24,000 nt of DNA from Candidatus Saccharimonadota bacterium (GTDB taxonomy: Bacteria > Patescibacteriota > Saccharimonadia > Saccharimonadales > UBA10212), in assembly GCA_019662065.1 (NCBI GenBank), contig JAIFWC010000002.1, positions 9,298 through 33,297 on the forward strand, read 5' to 3'. A program made the position numbers and the translations under genes. This document shows positions 6,263 through 14,330 of this stretch, in pieces. A model generated the notes under the pieces. It searched no databases, had not been told where the DNA came from, and saw nothing but the letters and a program-made list of their open reading frames with translations. Within the stretch, counting starts at the first letter, position 1; the number at the start of each line of letters is the position of its first letter.

Positions 6263-7402
6263 ATGACCGAAAATTTAGCCAAAACCGAAGCCAGCGTCGA
6301 GCTATCAGATGAGAAATCATCTGAGAACCTGGATTATTATCTGAATAAAATAGGTGCGGCTGATGTTATTGACCGGTTTTCGCCATACGATAAGCGTACT
6401 ATGGCTGTGCCTTTGATATTGCACCTCGAACCTTTGCCCGTTCCCCAGAAACCAAGTACTGAAAGGGATAGGATGGTAGCTTTTTTCGAAGGGCAGAATT
6501 GGCTGCCCAAACAGCGCCAAGAAGCCACCATAGCCAGCTTAACCGGCATAGATGAAACACTGAGACGCGCTAAAAAGACTAAAAAAGGCGATCCGCTCAG
6601 GGCCCAGAAGTCGTTTTTAGCCAGCATAAGAGGCTACGACCAAGAAGCTATAAAAGACGAGAAAATATTAAGCGCTGTCCGTATTCCCACTGAAGAGATG
6701 ACGATAATCCCTGATATCGATAGATTGCGGACTGACCGGGCGGCTTTGTACACTTTAGCCGACTATTTAATGGCCAGGGAGTTTCTGGACAAAGCTGAGT
6801 GGCCCAGCTCGAATAGCCACGCCTATAGAGACCGGCAAAGTTACTGGCGAGGATTTATGATTTTTGCCGGCCAACACGCGCCAGAGGAAGTTCTTAAGGA
6901 TGTATTCAACTATTACTTTGATAAGGCTCAGGAAAGACGTAATTTCTGGTCAGAGAAGTTTAAGAACGTTAATGGGAAAATTGGCCACTTGGCAGTTGAG
7001 GACGTGGCTATGACAGTGATACCTGAAAGGCCAGTTGAAGAGATAAGCTATAAAAGCGGCAACCGGCCAGATATCGATAGCTTTAATGAAATGCTTTCAG
7101 ACAAAGCGGTTGATGAACTAGCCACCGCGGCTGCTAAATACACCGATAAGACTGACCAAATCATGAGATATGTCCAAGACCAAGGCATGAGCCAGGCGCA
7201 GGCTGAGCTTAGGGTGCTGGGCCGGCGAGCCGAGTGGCATGAAGGGCACATTGTAGGGTTAAAGCCCATTGACGACAAACCAAGTCCAGAAGCTATAGAA
7301 AAAGCCAAGAAGCCCGCCAGTAATGCATCACTTAAACCTGGAGTACGTCGTTTGCCTGGTTATGATCAGGAGCGTGATCCTAGTAACCCGCAACCTTTCT
7401 AG
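6263..7402 (+). CDS. Hypothetical cytoplasmic protein (379 aa), tightly linked to ruvA
   Basis: Long clean ORF starting 2 nt after the ruvA stop. It has no TM segment or signal peptide and no motif I recognise; the sequence is charged and helix-prone. Confidence 0.75.
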   Translation: MTENLAKTEASVELSDEKSSENLDYYLNKIGAADVIDRFSPYDKRTMAVPLILHLEPLPVPQKPSTERDRMVAFFEGQNWLPKQRQEATIASLTGIDETLRRAKKTKKGDPLRAQKSFLASIRGYDQEAIKDEKILSAVRIPTEEMTIIPDIDRLRTDRAALYTLADYLMAREFLDKAEWPSSNSHAYRDRQSYWRGFMIFAGQHAPEEVLKDVFNYYFDKAQERRNFWSEKFKNVNGKIGHLAVEDVAMTVIPERPVEEISYKSGNRPDIDSFNEMLSDKAVDELATAAAKYTDKTDQIMRYVQDQGMSQAQAELRVLGRRAEWHEGHIVGLKPIDDKPSPEAIEKAKKPASNASLKPGVRRLPGYDQERDPSNPQPF

Positions 7403-7411
7403 TAATATATA

Positions 7412-8410
7412 GTGATGAGTTTTTTGGAGGAGTTGCCGAGGCCGTTTTTTGTGTTGGCGCCGATGGATGATGTGACGGATGTAGTATTTCGTCAGATTGT
7501 GGCTGAGTGCGCCAAGCCCGATATTTCATTTACGGAATTTGTAAATGTCGATGGCCTGCAAAGCCCGGGCCGAGAGAAGCTGCTACACAAGTTAAAGCTT
7601 TCTGAAAATGAAGGGCCGGTAATTGCCCAGTTGTGGGGACTAAAGCCCGAAAATTTTTATAAAACTGTAAAAGAGCTTGTGGATGGGACGCTTGTTGCGG
7701 AAGCGAATGCACTGCAAGGAAAAGACGAGAAGCGGAGCTTTGCAGGGGTGGATTTGAATATGGGCTGCCCAGTAAAAACAGTTATTAAAAACGGCGCCTG
7801 CGCGGCACTGATCAATAACAGGGAACTAGCCGGAGAAATTATAGATGCCGCCAAGCAAGCAGCAGGGGAAGACTTCCCTGTCAGTGTTAAGACTCGCGTA
7901 GGATTTACAACGATTGATATGAGCTGGATTGAGTTTTTATTATCTAAAAAAATACTTAACATGTTAAGTATTCATGGCCGCACAGCTAAAGAGCTGTCTA
8001 GCGTTCCGGCTAACTGGGACTTGGTTGGCCAAGCCCGGCAACTGCGTGATTCCCTGTCGCCCTCGACCTTAATTGTCGGCAATGGGGACGTAATGAGCCG
8101 CCAGCAGGGCGAAGAACTAGCCCAAAAGTATAAATTAGACGGCATCATGATTGGCCGCGGCATTTTTCATGACCCATTCGCTTTTGCCGAACATAGCCCC
8201 TGGGCGCGGTGGAGTGAGGCTCAAAAGCTAGAGCTTTTTAGAAGGCATATCGAACTTTATCTGGATACCTACAAAAAAAATGAGCGTCGTTTTGAAGCCC
8301 TGCGTAAGTTCTGCAAACTCTACATAAGTGGCTTTGACGATGCCTCAGAGCTACGAGCCAGATTTATGGAAACAAAAACCCCACAGCAAGTCCTGCAACT
8401 ACTGAACTAA
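7412..8410 (+). CDS. tRNA-dihydrouridine synthase (Dus family)
   Basis: It has the FVLAPMDDVTDVVFR signature, GVDLNMGCP (catalytic Cys region) and a TIM-barrel-like length. The start is GTG 7412 or ATG 7415. Confidence 0.88.
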   Translation: MMSFLEELPRPFFVLAPMDDVTDVVFRQIVAECAKPDISFTEFVNVDGLQSPGREKLLHKLKLSENEGPVIAQLWGLKPENFYKTVKELVDGTLVAEANALQGKDEKRSFAGVDLNMGCPVKTVIKNGACAALINNRELAGEIIDAAKQAAGEDFPVSVKTRVGFTTIDMSWIEFLLSKKILNMLSIHGRTAKELSSVPANWDLVGQARQLRDSLSPSTLIVGNGDVMSRQQGEELAQKYKLDGIMIGRGIFHDPFAFAEHSPWARWSEAQKLELFRRHIELYLDTYKKNERRFEALRKFCKLYISGFDDASELRARFMETKTPQQVLQLLN

Positions 8411-8419
8411 AATGGGATC

Positions 8420-8977
8420 ATGGATAGGATAGGACAAGCATTCACTAAGTTTGACAGAGTCAACTTTATTCCAAATGAAGCCAAGCCAATGGCGCAAGTC
8501 GATGCGCCAGTGCCGATTGGCTATGGCCAAACCAATAGCCAGCCGACCACCGTTGAGATGATGCTGGAATGGCTGGATGTACAACCCGGAGATAAAGTGC
8601 TGGACGTTGGATCGGGTTCTGGCTGGACTACTGCCCTGTTATCTTATTTGGCTGGACCGAAAGGTGAAATTTATGCAGTTGAGCTGGTGCCAGAGCTGGT
8701 AGAGTTTGGGCGCGAAAATGCCGAGCGCGCCGGAGTTAAAAACGCCAAGTTTTATCAAGCTGGCGACCAGTTTGGCTTACCCGAGAGGGCACCATTTGAC
8801 CGGATCTTGGTCAGCGCCTCGGCCGACAAATTGCCTCAAGTGCTTATTGACCAGCTAAAACCTGGCGGCAAACTGGTTGTGCCGGTGCACAACGATATTT
8901 TGGAAGTCATCAAAGACACTAATGGCAAAACTCATACAAAAACCCATCCAGGCTTTGTTTTCGTGCCCTTAATTTAG
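8420..8977 (+). CDS. pcm: Protein-L-isoaspartate O-methyltransferase
   Basis: It has PIGYGQTNSQP, the SAM motif VLDVGSGSGW, and the FDRILVSASA / PGGKLVVPV motifs. Confidence 0.88.
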   Translation: MDRIGQAFTKFDRVNFIPNEAKPMAQVDAPVPIGYGQTNSQPTTVEMMLEWLDVQPGDKVLDVGSGSGWTTALLSYLAGPKGEIYAVELVPELVEFGRENAERAGVKNAKFYQAGDQFGLPERAPFDRILVSASADKLPQVLIDQLKPGGKLVVPVHNDILEVIKDTNGKTHTKTHPGFVFVPLI

Positions 8978-8987
8978 GATTTACATC

Positions 8988-8996
8988 TGTTATAAT
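8988..8996 (+). promoter_or_regulatory. Extended -10 promoter (TGTTATAAT) for the tRNA(CAU) at 9093
   Basis: There is a perfect TGnTATAAT match. It would give a ~90-nt leader containing an 11-bp stem (one mismatch), 9028-9038 paired with 9057-9067. Confidence 0.45.
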
Positions 8997-9092
8997 TCGA
9001 CTGGTCAAAGAGAATTATATGCCGAGCCCGACTCGTTCCATCTTTGAAAAAACATAGAACGAGCCGGCGCGAAGCTATATACTGGGCTCTAC

Positions 9093-9168
9093 GGGGGCGT
9101 AGCTCAGTGGTTAGAGCAGTCGGCTCATAACCGATTGGTCCCTGGTTCGAACCCAGGCGCCCCCACCA
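9093..9168 (+). tRNA. tRNA with CAU anticodon, probably tRNA-Ile2 (lysidine-modified), CCA encoded
   Basis: Cloverleaf: GGGGGCG-TA-GCTC-AGTGGTTA-GAGC-A-GTCGG-CTCATAA-CCGAT-TGGTC-CCTGG-TTCGAAC-CCAGG-CGCCCCC-A-CCA. The G1-C72 pair rules out an initiator. The D-arm, variable region and T-arm resemble E. coli tRNA-Ile2 as I recall it, and tilS lies in the same window. Confidence 0.9.
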
Positions 9169-9173
9169 TTATT

Positions 9174-9635
9174 ATGTTTGATCAAATAAAAAACGCTCTG
9201 AGTAGCAAGCAGGCCCAACAACTAACCGATGTGCGCAATATCGGGCTGTATATTTTTGGAATTGTAGTATTGGCAATCGCTTGGAGCGGGGCTAGGACTG
9301 TCCAAAGCAACTATGAACTGCAGAAAAAAATCGCCACCCTAAAGCAGGAAAACACTGTTTTATGGCTGCAAAATCAGAACACTTACCTCCAAACTCAATA
9401 TTACAAAACCGACCAATACTTAGAACTATCGGCTCGCCAAAACCTGGGTTTAGCGGCGCCTGGCGAACAGGTTCTGTTAGTGCCCAAAGATGTTGCTAGC
9501 CGTTACGTGGACCCAAATCTTAACAAGACAAGCAGCGTTTCTGAAACAGCCGTGCCGGATAATCGCGCTGGTTATATTAAAAATCTCGAAGCTTGGCGTG
9601 ATTTCCTGTTAGGACGTAAGCTCACCAACGACTAA
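9174..9635 (+). CDS. ftsB: Septum formation initiator family protein (FtsB/DivIC-like)
   Basis: The start is ATG 9174; the track ORF begins inside the tRNA. It has a single TM segment (IGLYIFGIVVLAIAW), then a coiled coil (LQKKIATLKQENTVLWLQNQ) and the YLELSARQNLGL motif. Confidence 0.75.
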   Translation: MFDQIKNALSSKQAQQLTDVRNIGLYIFGIVVLAIAWSGARTVQSNYELQKKIATLKQENTVLWLQNQNTYLQTQYYKTDQYLELSARQNLGLAAPGEQVLLVPKDVASRYVDPNLNKTSSVSETAVPDNRAGYIKNLEAWRDFLLGRKLTND

Positions 9636-9691
9636 GCGGACTATAAAAACCGTTATTTGACATATTTACAACAAGCTTTTCAGGGGTGAGC

Positions 9692-9719
9692 TTGACTTAT
9701 ATTTTAGGGACTGTACGAT
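9692..9719 (+). promoter_or_regulatory. Candidate sigma70 promoter for the rpf-like gene
   Basis: TTGACT (9692-9697) is followed by a 16-nt spacer and TACGAT (9714-9719), leaving a ~140-nt leader. Confidence 0.3.
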
Positions 9720-9864
9720 TGTCCTTGTGTCTTTTGTTTGTGAGGATGGAGACACGACCGAAAAATCGAATTTCAAACTGTCAAAATCTAAATAAAAACG
9801 GACTTTGTTAAAGAAGCAAAGCCAGTTTTGGTATTGGCATTTTGAATTAATCTAAGGAGGATAA

Positions 9865-10458
<594 letters not shown>

Positions 10459-10492
10459 TCTCTAAATAACACTGAGTTTCGCACCTGTGCTG

Positions 10493-10519
10493 AGAGGCTT
10501 CCGGAAACCGGAAGCCTCT
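10493..10519 (+). terminator. Strong 12-bp hairpin after rpf (no U-tract)
   Basis: The sequence is agaggcttccgg-aaa-ccggaagcctct. It is followed by gcggcg, so it is not a canonical intrinsic terminator. Confidence 0.45.
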
Positions 10520-10525
10520 GCGGCG

Positions 10526-10555
10526 TTGACAAAACACCTTACAACAGATTAGAAT
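10526..10555 (+). promoter_or_regulatory. Sigma70 promoter for tRNA-fMet
   Basis: TTGACA (10526-10531) is followed by an 18-nt spacer and TAGAAT (10550-10555). The predicted TSS lies about 15 nt before the tRNA. Confidence 0.55.
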
Positions 10556-10576
10556 ATCAAAGCTTCATTTAGATAT

Positions 10577-10651
10577 CGCGGGGTGGAGCAGCGGCAGCTC
10601 GCATGGCTCATAACCATGAGGTCGCAGGTTCGAGTCCTGCCCCCGCTACCA
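10577..10651 (+). tRNA. Initiator tRNA-fMet (CAU), CCA encoded
   Basis: The 5' end CGCGGGGTGGAGCAGC is identical to the E. coli initiator. It has a C1xU72 mismatch and an A11:U24 pair. The anticodon stem has only two G-C pairs next to the loop instead of three. Confidence 0.9.
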
Positions 10652-10667
10652 AGTTGAATAACAGATT

Positions 10668-10700
10668 GAGATTAGCAAACAAGCTAATCTCTTTTCTTTT
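10668..10700 (+). terminator. Rho-independent terminator after tRNA-fMet
   Basis: A 9-bp stem gagattagc/gctaatctc with loop aaacaa is followed by ttttctttt. Confidence 0.8.
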
Positions 10701-10741
10701 ATTACCTCTGTAATCTAGGTTCCAGTCCTTCCTGGTCAGTT

Positions 10742-10750
10742 TGTTAGAAT
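10742..10750 (+). promoter_or_regulatory. Extended -10 promoter TGTTAGAAT, 7 nt before the GTG at 10757
   Basis: The same 9-mer recurs at 19641-19649. The spacing puts +1 on the first base of the start codon, which would make the transcript leaderless. Confidence 0.4.
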
Positions 10751-10756
10751 GTAAGT

Positions 10757-11002
10757 GTGACGAAGAAAGACAACCCAGCTGGCAGTAATCATAAAGTTCT
10801 AAAAAGATTATTGTTAGGATTCTTGTTTCTTGTACTCATATATATTTTCTTGGGTGAATATAAAGTTCTCTATGTAAACATTCATAATACAGACGCAGCA
10901 AAGTTAAATTTATATAACCCAAACGGAGATTTACTAATCGCAGCATTTAGCAGTGTTTTTATAGGTTTTGTTTTAGGCTACTGGTTCAAAAGTAAAAGAT
11001 AG
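10757..11002 (+). CDS. Small two-TM membrane protein, AT-rich, unknown function
   Basis: 81 aa with hydrophobic spans RLLLGFLFLVLIYIFLG and LLIAAFSSVFIGFVLGYWF. GC is clearly below the window average. It has a GTG start, no SD, and a terminator at 11073-11098. Confidence 0.45.
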   Translation: MTKKDNPAGSNHKVLKRLLLGFLFLVLIYIFLGEYKVLYVNIHNTDAAKLNLYNPNGDLLIAAFSSVFIGFVLGYWFKSKR

Positions 11003-11064
11003 CCCTCTCCACCTACTCAGTTCTGGCAAGATAAGGTTCCAATTCGAATGTACAAGGGCTACCA
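11001..11064 (+). pseudogene. 64-nt tRNA-like fragment ending GCTACCA (degenerate tRNA remnant)
   Basis: agccct (11001-11006) pairs with agggct (11055-11060) and is followed by ACCA. It contains a D-loop-like TACTCAGTTCTGG and a TTCGAAT box, but no anticodon arm or proper T stem. Confidence 0.35.
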
Positions 11065-11072
11065 AGAAAAAT

Positions 11073-11098
11073 GCCTCATCGTAAGATGGGGTATTTTT
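11073..11098 (+). terminator. Intrinsic terminator-like hairpin
   Basis: gcctcatc-gtaa-gatggggt forms 8 bp including 2 G.U pairs, followed by attttt and preceded by an A-run. Confidence 0.5.
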
Positions 11099-11158
11099 CT
11101 TGGTCATTGAGATGCAGGGCTCGGTTCTGCGACTAGCACAAGCTTCTGGCTTGGGCGT

Positions 11159-11246
11159 GGTCGCAGGTTCGGTCATCCAAGCCGGGCGCAGATGCTTGCA
11201 TCGAGCACGGCTGCAGATGTGCGCTGTCCTGCCCCCGCTACCAAGT
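11159..11246 (+). repeat. Duplicate of the 3' 35 nt of tRNA-fMet, split in the T-loop by a 54-nt GC-rich insertion
   Basis: 11159-11171 is identical to 10620-10632 (13/13) and 11226-11246 to 10634-10654 (21/21, extending 3 nt past CCA). The single A (10633) is replaced by 11172-11225. Confidence 0.85.
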
Positions 11247-11333
11247 ATAAGCAGTTTAAATAGTTTTGTTTTATCCTCCGACTGGCGGACATCAAACGGT
11301 GATGATTTTCGGTCTCGTGAGGGCCATCGTGAG

Positions 11334-12056
11334 TTAGTCTTCGCCAACATTGGCTAATTTGGTCTTTTTATAATCATTTGGCATATCGGGCTGGTTCGAA
11401 GTTACATACTTTATGAATTCAGCCTTAGCCATTGATAAGGCAGAGTTCTTCTTTCTTTCCCGGCCAAGCGTAGAAATCATCTTGCCGGACATGCCTTTGC
11501 CGCAAGCAGAGCCCGCGAAATGCCCTGGGTAGACCTCGGTCCATTCAGGTAATCTAAGTAGCTTCTGAATTGAACCATAGAGTTTAGCAGCATTGGCCTC
11601 TACCACACCTTCCTCTAATCGGCCAAGGGCCAAATCAACACGTCCTACATCGCCGACAAACAGCGTATCGCCGGTTAGCAAGTACCAATCGTCGACATAA
11701 AGTGTTATCCCGTCAGATGTATGCCCAGGGGTAGAAATAACTTGAAAGTGTCTGTTACCAATATAAAATTTATTAGAGTCTACCAGTTTTTGGTCCACGC
11801 CATTTACTTCAGAATTTTTATGCATAAATAGCTTAGCGCCAGTGAGTTTGGCTAACTTGCGTGCACCGGACTGATGGTCAGCATGGGTATGGGTATCAAT
11901 CACAATATCTATTGAGAGCTTGTGCCGCTCGGCTGTTTTCATATAGAGTTCAATGTCGATTTGAGGGTCAATGACGGCAACGGTATTTTCAGTTGTACAG
12001 CCAACCATGTACGATAAACAGCTTTGCTCCTCATGAATATATTGCCGAAAAATCAC
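11334..12056 (-). CDS. MBL-fold metallo-hydrolase (glyoxalase II / persulfide dioxygenase-like)
   Basis: It has an MIFRQY N-terminus typical of this subfamily, the DTHTHADH metal motif, and later GHT.D and H residues. The start is GTG at 12056. Confidence 0.85.
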   Translation of the reverse strand: MIFRQYIHEEQSCLSYMVGCTTENTVAVIDPQIDIELYMKTAERHKLSIDIVIDTHTHADHQSGARKLAKLTGAKLFMHKNSEVNGVDQKLVDSNKFYIGNRHFQVISTPGHTSDGITLYVDDWYLLTGDTLFVGDVGRVDLALGRLEEGVVEANAAKLYGSIQKLLRLPEWTEVYPGHFAGSACGKGMSGKMISTLGRERKKNSALSMAKAEFIKYVTSNQPDMPNDYKKTKLANVGED

Positions 12057-12062
12057 TATGTA

Positions 12063-12560
12063 CTACTCAGCTTTGACTTCAAGCGTTAGTGGTATAGCTT
12101 TACTCAGCGAGTCGCCAACTGGAGAAGAACGCTCGCAGCGTTCTCTCAAGTATTTAATTTGTTTAGGGGTGGCTTTCGGGGCTTTGAGATGAATTGTATA
12201 AGCTATGCTGTTGTAGCCTGCTCCTGAAGCCCCCTCGATACCATAATACGCCCGTGAGTTAAAGCGGCCTGATGCTTCTATCCATAACTCCTCGATATCT
12301 ACGCCTAACAGAGCAGCGTGGGTTGCTACCAAGTCAATGTCGCAAGCCGACAGACTGGCTAAAAGCGTTTGCATGGCATTCAAGTTGCCATCGCCACCAA
12401 TCTCTAAAAAAACGCCACCCAACTCGATTCTGGCTTTACTGCCGCCTAGCCACTTAGCCATAATTTTCGGTTCCCGTTCGGTTACAGCCGGATCCTTTTG
12501 GGCCTGTTCTTTTGTCTGTTTAATTTTAGCTACATCTACGCCATTTATTAAATCTGCCAC
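12063..12560 (-). CDS. OsmC/Ohr family peroxiredoxin-like protein
   Basis: The GTG at 12560 follows a strong SD AAGGAGGAG (12565-12573); the track start at 12626 has no RBS. Two conserved Cys contexts are present (LSACDIDL and RCERSSPV). Confidence 0.8.
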   Translation of the reverse strand: MADLINGVDVAKIKQTKEQAQKDPAVTEREPKIMAKWLGGSKARIELGGVFLEIGGDGNLNAMQTLLASLSACDIDLVATHAALLGVDIEELWIEASGRFNSRAYYGIEGASGAGYNSIAYTIHLKAPKATPKQIKYLRERCERSSPVGDSLSKAIPLTLEVKAE

Positions 12561-12691
12561 GCTGCTCCTCCTTTGTGCTTCAAAATAAAAACTTCGCACT
12601 ATCATTATATGCTCTGCTTGGCTCAAGCTAGAGAAAATAGATGCTCCCTTGTAGTAACTAGTTCCACTGCGAGAGCACCAGCTCTACCACG

Positions 12692-12722
12692 AAAAAAGCC
12701 TCAGGAAGCTGGGGCTTTTTTC
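12692..12722 (-). terminator. Rho-independent terminator after the LUD-domain gene
   Basis: aaaaaagcctcaggaagctggggctttttt forms an imperfect stem flanked by A and T runs. Confidence 0.6.
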
Positions 12723-12736
12723 GTTTGCTGAACTAG

Positions 12737-13390
12737 CTAGAAGCCGACTGGTTCTTTGACTAGAATTATTGTCACCCGGCCGGCGGGCTCTTGACGATAA
12801 ATTAACAGTTTGTTTAGGGACGAACCGGTGCCATAGGCAGCCTTGGCGCGCTCATCTTCTAAATGGAAGGTATAATCTTCAATCCGCTGGAGGCCTTCAG
12901 CCAAATCCTTAACGATTTTCTGGCTGCCTACCACCCAGATAACATTGCTAGCGCCGTAAGCATAGTTAGGCAATTGGCTACCGGAGGCCGAAGCCACTAC
13001 TACTTGGCCGTCTTGGGTCACAGCATGCACGCTGCCGACCGCATAATCAGCTCCAGAGCCAATTCGCTTCATTTCTACACTTTTGTCTGGCTGCCCATAC
13101 AATTCCATAAACTTGTTACGGACGGATACATATTTACCGGACTCGTTAAACTCTTTATCCAATCCGGACTTTTCTAAAGTCCTGGAAGTAGCTGTAAAAA
13201 CTTCTGATCCCGCCGGAATTAGGTTCTCGACTTCTTCTTTAGCATCTATTAAGTTATCGACGACCTTTACCTTAAAGCCGTGATTTTCTAAAGCTTTAGT
13301 AGCCTTTTGAATTTCACTGTAGGAAGTTGCCTGTGAGAACCTAGTGCTGTAAGTGGCGGCCCGGCCAACATTAGTTGTTATTTTGGACAT
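12737..13390 (-). CDS. LUD (lactate utilisation B/C-like, YkgG family) domain protein
   Basis: 217 aa whose length and sequence pattern (ADYAVGSVHAVTQDGQVVVASASGSQL...VIWVVGSQKIV) are typical of LUD_dom proteins. The SD is AGAGGG. Confidence 0.7.
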   Translation of the reverse strand: MSKITTNVGRAATYSTRFSQATSYSEIQKATKALENHGFKVKVVDNLIDAKEEVENLIPAGSEVFTATSRTLEKSGLDKEFNESGKYVSVRNKFMELYGQPDKSVEMKRIGSGADYAVGSVHAVTQDGQVVVASASGSQLPNYAYGASNVIWVVGSQKIVKDLAEGLQRIEDYTFHLEDERAKAAYGTGSSLNKLLIYRQEPAGRVTIILVKEPVGF

Positions 13391-13416
13391 TTTTACCCTC
13401 TTTCTTGCTATAATTT

Positions 13417-13444
13417 GTATAGTATTAACATATCTATACTATAC
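13417..13444. promoter_or_regulatory. Inverted repeat GTATAGTA-N12-TACTATAC in the divergent LUD/HxlR intergenic region (candidate HxlR operator)
   Basis: Perfect 8-bp arms at 13417-13424 and 13437-13444 sit between two divergently transcribed genes, one of them a wHTH regulator. Confidence 0.45.
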
Positions 13445-13458
13445 TAGGTAAAGTAACT

Positions 13459-13794
13459 ATGCAAGATATAGTAAAGGAAAATTTAGAGATTGAAAGCCGG
13501 CCCGGTTGCATCGCTGCTGCCTTGTATGTATTGGGCAATAAATGGACGGCCCTTATAGTAAATGAACTTTATGATCGCCCGGCCCGTTTTTCGGCCCTAG
13601 AGCACGCCCTGGTGGGAATTAGTCCCCGCACCTTGTCCCAACGGCTGGATGAGCTGGAAGAACAGAAATTTATAACTAAAAAAAGCTTTGCCGAAGTACC
13701 GCCCCGGGTTGAGTACACTCTGACGCAAAAGGGAAGAGACTTGATACCTATACTTAAGAGTATGGCCGATTGGGGCGACAAACACTCTAAATAA
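13459..13794 (+). CDS. HxlR-family winged-helix transcriptional regulator
   Basis: It carries the LGNKWTALIVNEL...RFSALEHALVGISPRTLSQRLDELEE...PPRVEYTLTQKG signature. Confidence 0.88.
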   Translation: MQDIVKENLEIESRPGCIAAALYVLGNKWTALIVNELYDRPARFSALEHALVGISPRTLSQRLDELEEQKFITKKSFAEVPPRVEYTLTQKGRDLIPILKSMADWGDKHSK

Positions 13795-13822
13795 AAAACT
13801 CCCTTTTCAGGGAGTTTTCTTT
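13794..13822. terminator. Bidirectional terminator between the convergent hxlR-like and RRM genes
   Basis: The sequence aaaaaactcccttttcagggagttttctt contains the stem actccc/gggagt. Confidence 0.7.
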
Positions 13823-13834
13823 ACCGGTTAAAAA

Positions 13835-14107
13835 TTACCAGCGATTTTCGCGGGGGCGGTCCTCTTTAGGACGGGCCTCGGCGACCGAAATAGTGCGGCC
13901 ACCGACTTCTGAGCCGTTGAGCGCCTTTTCGGCGGCTTTGCCTTCTTCATCGTTCTCGAATTCGACAAAACCGAAACCTTTGCTGCGGCCACTCTCGCGG
14001 TCGCGAACGACGTTGGCTGAAGCGACTGTGCCATGGGCGGCAAACAGTTGGTTAAGCTCGTCGTCGGTGGTTGCAAAGGGCAGACCACCTACAAAAACTT
14101 TGTACAT
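13835..14107 (-). CDS. RRM-type RNA-binding protein
   Basis: It has RNP-2 VFVGGL and RNP-1 KGFGFVEF, is 90 aa long, and has SD AAGGA. Confidence 0.9.
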   Translation of the reverse strand: MYKVFVGGLPFATTDDELNQLFAAHGTVASANVVRDRESGRSKGFGFVEFENDEEGKAAEKALNGSEVGGRTISVAEARPKEDRPRENRW

Positions 14108-14262
14108 GTATTAGTTCCTTATTAATTCTTACTAGGTACGACCCTTACTGGACTGGAATATCGAACTGGGCTTTTGGGCCGAACATTCTCACCAAGAACA
14201 GATAAGCTCCTAACATCGCCAAGTTAACCACTAATCGGCACGAAAAGCAATTTAAATAGAGG

Positions 14263-14290
14263 TTGACTTTTTAAAAGAATTGTGTATAAT
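14263..14290 (+). promoter_or_regulatory. Near-consensus sigma70 promoter driving the 26-codon sORF
   Basis: TTGACT (14263-14268) is followed by a 16-nt spacer and TATAAT (14285-14290). Confidence 0.6.
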
Positions 14291-14330
14291 ATAATTTAGG
14301 TTTTAGCAAAAACAAAAAGGACAAAAATAA

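Noticed and set aside
9636-9864. c-di-AMP (ydaO) riboswitch upstream of the rpf-like gene
   Set aside because: Only isolated short matches are present (GGGGUGA, AGGGAC...GUCC, ACCGAA). I could not build the pseudo-symmetric two-junction fold. I kept it only as something to test with a covariance model.
11101-11246. tmRNA (ssrA) hypothesis, because of the tRNA-like ...CCCCGCTACCA 3' end
   Set aside because: There is no 5' partner for the acceptor stem, no intact T-arm next to the 3' end, no tag reading frame with a resume codon, and the length is far too short.
10973-11357. ORFs 10973..11350 (-) and 11100..11357 (+) across the tRNA-derived GC-rich block
   Set aside because: They overlap each other and the perfect tRNA-derived repeats. 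They have no RBS and an Arg/Ser/Cys-rich composition typical of non-coding GC-rich sequence.
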